Positions 1 through 12,238 of a stretch of 64,000 nt of DNA are shown here, piece by piece. Within the stretch, counting starts at the first letter, position 1; every line of letters begins with the position of its first letter. The position numbers were made by a program, and so were the translations under genes. The DNA comes from Lobosporangium transversale (Eukaryota): NCBI RefSeq assembly GCF_002105155.1, contig NW_019028980.1, positions 868,001-932,000 on the forward strand, given 5' to 3'. The notes beneath the pieces were generated by a model that had not been told where the DNA came from, searched no databases, and saw only the letters and a list, made by a program, of their open reading frames with translations.

Positions 1-39
1 AGGTGATAGGCATCGTGGTGATGTTCTGTCGCTTCCCAT
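1..39 (-). CDS. Possible 5' end of a gene running off the left edge (MGSDRTSPRCLSP...)
   Basis: acaATGG context at 39 on the minus strand, open to the window edge, preceded by a long pyrimidine-rich UTR-like tract (about 150-360 on minus). Only 13 codons are visible. Confidence 0.3.
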   Translation of the reverse strand, partial: MGSDRTSPRCLSP

Positions 40-600
40 TGTGATTTCAAAAACAAGGGCGTAAATGGACGGAGGACAGAAAATAGGGAAAGGTTGATAA
101 AAATGTTAAAGGATGATAGTTCAGTAGCAGGATGGTTCAAAATTGTCTAGAGATGAAGTTGAGGGAGGAAAAGAAAAAAAGAAAAAAAGAAAAAAAAAAA
201 GGAAAGGAAAGGAAAGGAAAGGCAATGAATGAAGGCTTGGAATAAATAAAAGAGCAAAATTGATGGGAGCAAAACTGGGGGGAAATAAGAAAAAGTGAAA
301 AGAGGATAAAGGAAGAAAAGGAAGAGGAGAGTGCAAAAATGAAGTGAAGCAAGTTAAAGAAAGGAGCGACAATTGATAAATCTGTTCCTTTATTTCAAGG
401 TTGGGCTATGCTGTGTGTGTGAGAAAAATTTTTTTCTTGTTGCACAAGACGCCATGCGATTAAAGATTGAATTGGCCCCCAAGTGTGACGTAACATGTAT
501 TATTTAAATACACAAACACTATTCGTCTCTTTAACTCTCTTGTTTTCACCACACAATCGAAAGTGTGCACATCCACTCTTCACCTTACATTCATCCCACT

Positions 601-1095
601 ATGAACATGTCTAATACCTCATTCCAAGAACAAGAAGCTGTTACTGATGCTCCTATCAATGATGTTCTCGCCATCAATCAAATTGAAAAGATATTGATCG
701 GTGGATTTGAAGATATTCTAAGTGTTCAAACACGAATAATATATATATAATAATAATTTTCTGTATCAATGCTTTCCTTGATGATATCAAAGCAATAATT
801 ATGCTTTAGAGAAAAGCCCTTGACGCGTCAAACTCTGGGAAGGATAGAGAGGATGACAGTGAAGAAAGAGAAGGATAATGATCAAGTAGATATCCTGGCT
901 GGCCATGAATTTGAATTCGAGGTAAGTGTTGCATTTATATTATAAAGTCTAGTTCATTGCTTGAGAGCATATAATAAAGAAAAAGCTGGACATTTGTACG
1001 TTAACTCTAGTCTTTGAAGACGCGCGTATTGAGAATGGACTTAATAATATTGTTGTTGTTCAAGCCGCAAAGCACTATAAAGTTGATCCTGAATC
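601..1095 (+). pseudogene. Gene fragment of unknown function, apparently cut off by the hAT element
   Basis: ATG at 601 opens MNMSNTSFQEQEAVTD... A clear intron (GTAAGT 922 to CTCTAG 1010) is followed by coding-like sequence up to the element boundary. The frame across the first intron is ambiguous. Confidence 0.3.
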
Positions 1096-1162
1096 CAGAG
1101 ATCTGAGCCTGAAGAGAAAGGGCGTGATGTTTTGGTTTCCAGCACGTGCTGGAAGAAAACGA

Positions 1163-1376
1163 GCACAAACCTATTGCCCATACAGCACAAGCTGATTGCC
1201 CATACAGCACAAGCTGATTGCCCATACAGCACAAGCTGATTGCCCAAACAGCGCGAACCTGTTCTGAAACAGCATGAACCTGTTCTGAAACAGCACAAAC
1301 CTTTTCTAAAACAGCGCGAACCTGTTCTGAAAACAGCACAAACCTATTGCACAAACAGCGCTAACCTGAAGAAAAA
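1163..1376 (+). repeat. Subterminal tandem array of about 10 degenerate 21-22-bp units
   Basis: Units GCACAAACCTATTGCCCATACA, GCACAAGCTGATTGCCCATACA x2, GCACAAGCTGATTGCCCAAACA, GCGCGAACCTGTTCTGAAACA, GCATGAACCTGTTCTGAAACA and others; mirrored at about 6350-6541. Confidence 0.9.
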
Positions 1377-1440
1377 GCATACAGGCTTAAAAAAATCCAC
1401 AATCATTTGCATGCATAACAGGCTTCTTCTCTTTTCGCAC

Positions 1441-1514
1441 TACCATTACCATTGCCATTACCATTACCATTGCCATTACCATTACCATTGCCATTGTCAT
1501 TCTCATTCTCATTC
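1441..1514 (+). repeat. (CCATTA/CCATTG)n hexamer microsatellite inside the TIR
   Basis: taccattaccattgccattaccattaccattg...cattctcattctcattc; mirrored at about 6212-6285. Confidence 0.85.
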
Positions 1515-2065
1515 AATTCTCAGAGAACCTTCTGCATCATCCCTATAAACACGCTTAATACCACGAACAGTTGACAGATTAACTTTATTTGTCTGATCTT
1601 GTCTCACAAAGCGGCCATGTACTTTAATAATTCAGTAAATGCTCGGCATCTCTGCCTCTGCTTTCTCTTTATTACTAATGTTGACTATATATAGTCAAAG
1701 CCAACTTCTACTTCCATAGCTAGGCTTCTATATCTCTATATCTCAAAGATCTTAAAGACCAATAATCATCGTCTGTGACGCCAAGTAACACTGATACAAT
1801 TGTACTAGATTCTTCTCTTGCAACAGCCTTCGCAAAGAGACAAAGGGAACAACTTTAAATATGTTGAGCCCATTTACTCAATCCACATAAAACAGTTTGT
1901 TCCCCTCGTGGAGGAGAGAACCCTCGATATACGATAAAACTTTTTTTGTCCATATTCCTGTTTTGTTTAATAAAGTTTTTTCTGTTCTCATGCTCCCACT
2001 TTCCATTCCTCTTCCTGAATCAGTCTGCCTGACCTTGAAACGCAATTCCTTTTTTTTATTCAACG

Positions 2066-5000
2066 ATGAATGATAAGAGTGAGAATTTCTTGTTTGACAA
2101 AGAGCATGGCGAAGAGTATGGCGAAGAGTATGACGAAGAGTATGACGAAGAGTATGGCGAAGAAAATAACGACGACTTTGATGAATATCACTCATTCAAC
2201 CAGGAAGTCAGAAAATCTAGACGAAGACCCTACTTTCAACGAGAGTAGGTGCGAATTCGAGACTGACGATGATTACAGCGGGTTTTCTGGAAGGCGATCG
2301 CCTGTAAGTCTATACCTTTGACTCTTAGTTGCTAGTTAATACTTGATATCCCTTGCTTCGAGCCTTTTTACTGACTTCTTCCGTACGCGTCAATGCTTCT
2401 GTAGTCAGAGAGCCTCATCGACCGACGCGCCCAGCGGCAAGCGCAGGCGAAGTGTGATATATGGCGTCGTGGTCAGGACAGACACGAACAAGAGCAAGTT
2501 GATGTTTACCAAAGCAACGATATTGACCATTCTGGCGGAGAATACAATGTCTTGGGCGTGAAGACGCGCGAAGGGCGTTCAAGGTCTATGTTCGAGGAAG
2601 TGCAAACACGCCAGTTGCCCCAAGTGACTTCAAGAAGCGAAGCCAGCGTCGCCGCCAGTAGCATCAGGTCTGCCCAAGCCAAACGAGGATATCCTAAGAC
2701 TCCTTCTCCTCCAACAAATCAGGGACTGCCTATTCAACCTGCCAGACCTAGGTCATTCCTACGTTCAATCTCAGCATCCCATGTTCTTGGCTCACCCTCT
2801 ACATCCACATTATGCGCTCCGCGACAATCCCCACTACCACCGCTACAAAGGGCCGAGAGCTTTCATTATTATCGCAGTCCACAGCCTAGGTCTTATCTCC
2901 TCAGTTACTTCATCGTACTCTGGACGGCATAGAGATATGCATGGCGTTCAGCCCAAGTCGCCCATCTCCCTGCACCAGACCTCTCGGGCATCTTCATCGT
3001 CCTCCTCTTTTCGTGGACTTCCTCAGATCTCACGAGATTTAGCCTATCCTTTATCTTTTGACAACCCATAAGCAACCCTGCTTGCAGCTGAAGCTGAAGC
3101 TTTGGAGCAGCGTCGACCTAACCTACGTACCAGTCATGGAGCATCGGAGACATGGTACACGCTATATGAATCGCTTGAACTTGGCGTTTTACCTTCGCCC
3201 GAACGGTGCGACGACGCGCCCGCCTCACAAAAGCCTTTGGCACAAGTCCCAATACATAAGTCCATACGCAAGTCTAGTATCCTTGGACATTTCTATAATA
3301 CAGATGCATCTGGCTTCTTCGAATGCCAGGTTAAGAACAGTCTCGGGGTAAAGTGTGGCATAAAGTACAAGAAGTTAGGGGCGGCAGATCACGAAAAAAC
3401 CATCTCCTCAAAAACCACTCCACAATATATGAAGCTGTGCAGGAATTTCGCCTCTATCAAGGCATGGTCCAGAATGTCAAGTCGTCGAAAGATCAAGATG
3501 ATGATGATGATGAGCCCCCTAGACCACAGGGGAACTTCGAAGTGGCTAGAGAGGGATTTGTTCTTACGACTATGAAGAGGCCACTTCCGTATGAACAACA
3601 GTTCTTCGAGAAATTACTTTTAAGGCTTATCGCCGACAACGGAGCGACCTTCAAAATAATTGGCTCGGATTCTTTCAAGGCAATATGTTTGCAACTTAAT
3701 GCATTATACGTAATTCCAAGCACAGACGCTATCCAATCAAACATGGATTTAAGTGTAATGCATATGTGGAGGCAAATCGAGATACATCACTGATCGTAAA
3801 ATTCAAGGCGCAATCACAGCGGATAGTTGGACAAGCGGTGATCAAAGGAAGTTCTTTGGAGTAACATTTCACTTTCTAACACATGACTTTCAGCCGGCTT
3901 CAGTTGTGATTGGCATGGAACGAGTCCAAGGCCCTCAATCGGCAGAAGTCCTATTGGAAAAGCTTGGTAAGAATATCATAGCTTTAGCTCTGTCGGTTTA
4001 CTGCCTGTTTGAGACCTATGTAAATAACACTTTTAATCCTGGAATTTGTTCTATAGAACGTGTAGTCGCAAGATGGAATTTGGAAGGGCATTTGATCTGT
4101 GCAACAACGGATCAAGGGTCGAACATAAAAAGAGCCATACAGCTTTATAATCTAAAGAAGAGTATTACCTGGCTTCCCTGTTTTTCCCATGTAATACAGC
4201 TGTGTATCAATAAGGCATTGGAACGAAGTTCTGGAGCTAAGGCGGTGATGGAAAAATGCCAAAAGATCTCAACCTTCTTCAGAAGCTCCAGTCTTGCTAT
4301 GGATCTGCTTAACAATCAGCGTAGCAAAACTGCTTACAACGAATGTCACGCGATGGAACTCAAAATTCAACATGGCAGCAAGGGTGCTTGAAGTTTCAGA
4401 AGCAATTACAGCGGTCTATCAATTAATGAGGGCAGGATCCAAAGACGAAAAGCTCAAGGCTGCGGAGCTCGGGCGGCACCTCCTTGTCGAGGGAGAGATC
4501 GAGACCCTGCAGGAGATTATCACGCTCTTGGAGCCGGCTGCCAAGCTTACACACTGGGCAGGCGCACATGATAACCCGACCATTTCGCAAATCTATTTGA
4601 GGGTCTACACCATGCTCCCGGCGCTTACAACATTCCGAACGGAAGAGACGAGAGAGTTATGGCAAAGCCTGGACGAACAGATCAAAAAATCGTGGCCTCT
4701 CCAGGACATTCCAGATACCGTGCTCATTTCTATATTCCTGAACCCTGCTTGCGCAGCACTCGATATCTTAAAGGATACGATGCATGCTAGTGGGGAAAGT
4801 CTGTTTATAAAAGCAAAAAAACTCTGCAGCGAAGCCTTTAAGATATTCAAAGAGAATAATACAGTGACAAAAAATCCATTGCAAACGAGTGATTATCAGA
4901 TACTCTACTTCTCTTCGAATTTTGCGGTAGAGCTCTACACTTCATCGGTACGCTTGCCGGACTACAATCACGATCGCTTTAAAGATAAGCCTCAGGACTA

Positions 5001-5226
5001 TTGGAGGCCATATGGCATCGATGAAAATATCTCAGTTGAGGAACTTGCCCACTTCGCGCGCTCGTACCTCTGTATCCAGTCCACATCAACTGAGTCTGAG
5101 CGTTTGTTCAGTAAGGCAGGGCTAGTCCTCTCTCCACTTAGGACCAACCTCAGTGATCGAAATGTGCGCAACATCATTTTTAGTCACAGCTTTGAGAAGA
5201 TTCGGACTTTGTTAGACTTACAATGA
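2066..5226 (+). pseudogene. hAT transposase pseudogene (BED finger, RNase H-like DDE core, hATC dimerisation domain)
   Basis: Reassembled across frames: BED finger ILGHF..FECQV..VKCGIKY/..RKNHLLKNH, ITADSWTS, ATTDQGSN, PCFSHVIQL (CxxH), VTRWNS and C-terminal LCIQSTSTESERLFSKAG..R..L. Introns 2304-2404 and 3967-4056. Frameshifts near 2205, 2900, 3378, 3779 and 4325; in-frame TAA at 3069-3071. Confidence 0.9.
2108..2163 (+). repeat. 12-bp tandem repeat encoding acidic (G/D)EEY units in transposase exon 1
   Basis: ggcgaagagtat ggcgaagagtat gacgaagagtat gacgaagagtat ggcgaaga. Confidence 0.8.
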
Positions 5227-5904
5227 AATAAATTAAGCGTTTTTATCTACACTGCGCGTCAACAGTGTTGTATTTTGTCCACTACTTGTGAAAGTAGTAT
5301 AAAGTGATTGGCAATATTAAGTTTTAGCTTTATTCTGAAAGATGCGTCTATATTTTGGACTCCATCAATGAAACTCGCTATATTTTAATGCTCAGACGGA
5401 GGCCCAGGCCGTTGTGATGACATAAGGACATCTTCCTTTGACTTTGCAGCTTTTTTTCTGATTACTCATCGTAATGTGGTAATTCTTCATCTATTAATTC
5501 TCGAAGCTAATATCTAGAGGATTTACAAACCACTCATCAATTTCAAAGAATGTATTGATCAAGCAGATGTCGGGCGCGTTTCACCCCTTTCTTTATGAGA
5601 GCGTTCTTGAGAGAAGACAAGTCAACTAATAGGACATTGGATAGGCCAGAGAGCAACTTTAACATGGCATTATGTTTAAATTTTACTTTGATATCCCGAT
5701 GAGAATATGCTGTATCGCCATGCCGGTTGAAGAAATAAATGATAAAAAGCTTTTTCTCATACCATTTTTAATGACTTACACTTAACATCTGCCTCAAGAA
5801 TAAAGTATATATTCCACGGAGTGACAACCATGGTGCCTGAGGGATAGGGACTTCAGCATTGCTAAGCCAGGGCAAGACTTCTTTTACTAAGCCCAAAAAG
5901 AGTG

Positions 5905-6608
5905 GCAAGAGAAGAATCTAGTACAATCGTATCAGTGTTACTTGGCGTCACAGACGATGATTATTGGTCTTTAAGATCTTTGAGATATAGAGATATAGAA
6001 GCCTAGCTATGGAAGTAGAAGTTGGCTTTGACTATATATAGTCAACATTAGTAATAAAGAGAAAGCAGAGGCAGAGATGCCGAGCATTTACTGAATTATT
6101 AAAGTACATGGCCGCTTTGTGAGACAAGATCAGACAAATAAAGTTAATCTGTCAACTGTTCGTGGTATTAAGCGTGTTTATAGGGATGATGCAGAAGGTT
6201 CTCTGAGAATTGAATGAGAATGAGAATGACAATGGCAATGGTAATGGTAATGGCAATGGTAATGGTAATGGCAATGGTAATGGTAGTGCGAAAAGAGAAG
6301 AAGCCTGTTATGCATGCAAATGATTGTGGATTTTTTTAAGCCTGTATGCTTTTTCTTCAGGTTAGCGCTGTTTGTGCAATAGGTTTGTGCTGTTTTCAGA
6401 ACAGGTTCGCGCTGTTTTAGAAAAGGTTTGTGCTGTTTCAGAACAGGTTCATGCTGTTTCAGAACAGGTTCGCGCTGTTTGGGCAATCAGCTTGTGCTGT
6501 ATGGGCAATCAGCTTGTGCTGTATGGGCAATCAGCTTGTGCTCGTTTTCTTCCAGCACGTGCTGGAAACCAAAACATCACGCCCTTTCTCTTCAGGCTCA
6601 GATCTCTG
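5905..6608 (-). repeat. Right terminal inverted repeat (704 bp)
   Basis: Reverse complement of 1096-1821, lacking the first 22-bp subterminal unit. Confidence 0.95.
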
Positions 6609-6612
6609 AGTG

Positions 6613-6910
6613 CAGGCCCCCCTGAAAGAAAAGTAAGAAAAGTAAAAGAATGAGTAAAAGAAAAGTAAATAATAAGTATATTTCCAGTAAATATCAGTAA
6701 AACAAAAGTATATTTCCAGTATATTTCTAGTAAATATCAGTAAAACAAAAGTATATTTTCAGTAAATATCAGCAAAACAAAAGTAAGTAAAAAGTATATT
6801 TTCAGTAAGTACTTACTGATTTTTACTCGAAATATACTTTTTTTTTACCAATGTTTAAGTAAAAATTTACTGAAAAAAACTTCAAGTACGAATGTTCAGT
6901 ACATCAGTAC
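6613..6910. repeat. AT-rich AGTA/CAGTA-motif array (~32-bp units) headed by CAGGCCCCCCTG; possible solo transposon end
   Basis: About 3 copies of AGTATATTTYCAGTAAATATCAGTAAAACAAA, palindrome CAGTAAGTACTTACTG at 6803-6818, then motifs in the inverted orientation. Confidence 0.65.
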
Positions 6911-8660
6911 AGGTCACTGGTTTAAACCCATCATGGCGGCAGCGAGAACTATGAGGAGTTTCCGCGTTAGCCCCTCGAAGCGCTCGAGAAAGCAATTATT
7001 GGGGAGATCGACTCTCCCTTCACACCTTCATAAGTTTGTAAGTGAAAGTGTCTTAGTTTTCATATGCTCGAGCAATACCATGCCCATGAAAATTTGGACT
7101 AATTTCGACTTGTACATGTAACAAATCAAAGGTATGCCAAAATATTATATTGAGGCTGGGTGTGTTCTCTATGTGACTGCTGGGTATGCTTATAACTTAC
7201 GCACACACCTAAAATCACTGGCCTCCTTAGCAATGTGAATGGGAAGCTCTTCGTGCCATTATCATCACATGATTACCTAGCTAGCTAGTTCACCTGTCTT
7301 CACACACAGACTCTTTTTGAGCTCGCATGCAAATAAAACTGACGCTGACCTGCAAATGAAAAGGTCCGTCTTTCCAAAAAACAGGCTGGCCAAACTCGCT
7401 GTCACCCTCGCCAATATTTAGCTTTAGCATGTACTGAACCAAAGATTGGATTCTCACCTATTGCAAAGGATTTGTACTCGGGTCGTCATCGAAAATACAA
7501 TACGGATCAGTAAACCAACCAGGTTATAAATTCGAGCACACCTGTTTCACCTTCCGTTACTTGTAGGATCCTTGTTACTTTCTTTTCCTCCGTTTATTGG
7601 TATGCTAAAGTTCAGTAGGCACCAGTCTTACTTGATCGAGATCGGGTATTGTGAATACCTTTCACATATTGTTGTATCAGTCGAAAGCTTTTTCGAGTCG
7701 ATCTTTATTATTCGCTGTAACAAAAAGTAACAATTTTTTCCGTGGGATGCAGTCGGGTCTCGAGTACAGAACATTTTTAAACAGCTAAAAAAAAAGCAGG
7801 GCGGTGCACGGCTGAGTTGCTTAATTATTGTGCTGCGACCAATGACATTTTGTATTTATTGGATCCAAATTTTTGGAGAAGGGGGAAGGTACTTTGACTG
7901 AAAAGCGCTGGAGTTTCTGGCTTCCTTCTGTCCATAGCCAAACGCTCATCTGGATATAGGAAGTGGGCTGTAAATAGAGCAACATAGATAAAAATGACTA
8001 TTGTCTATGCTTACAGTAAAGCGGCTTGGTACACCACAAACCCTGTGTTCTGTTTATGAGCTGATAAATAGAGGATTTCATACACTTGAATGAAGAGTGA
8101 GGTAAGGATAAGAGAGAAGAAGACAGTGAAGATGGTGTAAGCATTGGAAACTTGAGATGATATCGGCTAAATGGTTCTCATAATTGTAACCTACAGCTAG
8201 ATCTTGAATAGGATACGCTGTATTTTTGTGATGTATATATTAATAAATATTATATATAACATGTGTACGCCATGATAAAATAAATTGATCTTTGATCGTC
8301 CAAATCAAGACTATGCGTCATTAACTATTGAATTGTATCAGTTGTGAACATGTTGACAAGCTGTCCTAATCGAACAGTCCTTATTTTGATAGGCCATACA
8401 GAATAGATAGTGGCCCCCACAATGGACGCGCCAAACTCTTTTTTATTTTTTGTAAAGAGATAAGAGATAAGATTGCTGGGCAAATGCTTCAACTCTTCAA
8501 TATTACGCGCGGCCATTACAGTTACAAAAAAAAACACGTCACTTAAACAAAGTTTTACCCATGAATTCATTTTTGTGTGAATCTTCTCTCAGCTTCTTCT
8601 TTCTTCTTTCTTTTTTTCTTCAACCTTAACAACTCATTCATTCGAATTTCATTTTCAACA

Positions 8661-10882
<2,222 letters not shown>

Positions 10883-11358
10883 ATAGTTGAGGTCTCCTTC
10901 CCTTTCACTTTCAAACATCTACTTTTTTGTTTCAAATCAGTGCCCACTTTTTATGGGATATAATAAAAAAAAGAAAAAAGCCTTCGTTTTGTAAAATATT
11001 AGGTGCATGAAATAATTCTGTTTTATTTGAGAGAATCCCAAATGTTTAATTAATTATTGTGTTTGAATACATTGAAATGCACGTTCTTGAGTGTTTTGAT
11101 TGTTCTTTGGCCTCAATTTGTTTATACCTTTACTAAAATGTTATGCTATTTTTTTTTTTTTTTTTTTTTTAATAGTATCCACTTGAAGCTGATTCCATAA
11201 ACTAACAAGCCCTTTCTTGATCGATGAGAATGAAAGAGAAAAAAAAAAAAAGATTGAGAGAAAGAAATTGAAATGTGGTAGCGAAGACAGGAGAAGATCA
11301 TGACTAACAATCCCTTTTCTAAGGTCTTGTTGTTTTTTCCTTATTGTTTAATCTCCTT

Positions 11359-12207
11359 TTATAGAATCGTGCACTTTGACTTCTTCTTGGTGGGCTTCTT
11401 CTGAGGTACACCGCCATCACGCGCTTGACGGATCATCCTGACCACATTGTAGAATGAGCGTTCAACGTTCACACAGGTCTTGGCTGAAGTCTCCGTAAAA
11501 TCACATCGAAGTGCCTTAGACATCTGATAGCCCTCGTCGCGTGAAACCTCGCGCTCTGTCAATTTGTCACATTTGTTGCCCACGAGCATCAAAGGAACGT
11601 TCTCTGTATCTTTGACACGAGTGATTTGGTCCCGGAAACGTTTTATCCTCTCAAATGTTGAACGGGCTGCAATTGAGTAAACCAGCAGGAATCCCTCTCC
11701 GTCACTATTTTTTTTAAAAAAAACATAAATAAATAATACATTAAAAAAAGGTTAAAACTCATTTGAGCTACTCAGGATGCACTACAGTTCAATCAGCCAG
11801 CTTTCTCCTGTGCTCAACTAGCTACTCAAATGCATGAGAGCATCATACAGCTAAAGACAACATTTGTAGTTAAAAAGAAAAGAGCAAACTAAAGAGCATT
11901 TCCCTCGAACTTGGGCCAATCTCTCGCCAGAAACAAGAAAAGGTAACCTACCGAATCCATTGGTCTCTCAATGCAGTATATTCTTCCTGTCCAGCAGTAT
12001 CCAAAACTTCCAGAACGCATGTTTGGTCGTCAATTACAACTTGCTTTCTGTAAGAATCTTCAATAGTGGGATCATATGTCTAATAAAGAGTCAAATGTAG
12101 GACAATGGCTTATTAGTTGATGCCAAGCTCACGTTGATAACCTAAAGGTTGGTTACTCACATCATTTTTATGATGTCGCTCACCCATCAATAACAAACAC
12201 GCATGCG

Positions 12208-12238
<31 letters not shown>

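Larger units (their letters stand above)
1096..1821 (+). repeat. Left terminal inverted repeat (726 bp)
   Basis: Reverse complement of 5905-6608. It differs by one extra 22-bp unit and one substitution (1798). The identical 102-aa spurious ORFs at 1240..1548(+) and 6178..6486(-) confirm the match. Confidence 0.95.
1096..6608 (+). mobile_element. hAT-superfamily DNA transposon (5513 bp) with very long TIRs and a disrupted transposase
   Basis: Ends read CAGAGATCTGAGCCTGAAGAG (1096) and CTCTTCAGGCTCAGATCTCTG (to 6608). The 5'-CAGAG terminus fits the hAT (T/C)A(A/G)NG pattern and hAT transposase motifs lie inside. No 8-bp TSD (flanks CCTGAATC vs AGTGCAGG). Confidence 0.93.

Noticed and set aside
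1163..1376. CRISPR-like appearance of the 21-22-bp repeat array
   Set aside because: The units are contiguous with no unique spacers, there are no cas genes, the context is eukaryotic, and the array is part of a TIR.
1441..1514. Telomere-like repeat
   Set aside because: The unit is CCATTA/CCATTG rather than CCCTAA, and it is internal to the TIR.
1240..1548. 102-aa His/Cys-rich ORF, duplicated at 6178-6486
   Set aside because: It is the translation of tandem repeats and a microsatellite in the TIR, and it starts at a non-ATG codon.
1770..1858. Apparent synonymous divergence at the inner TIR boundary (SSLATAF vs SSLATLF)
   Set aside because: Only 3-4 codons are involved, there is a stop just upstream and no start codon; consistent with chance.
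3365..4335. Programmed frameshifting to express the transposase
   Set aside because: There are too many lesions, including a nonsense codon, and no consistent slippery sites; decay is the simpler explanation.
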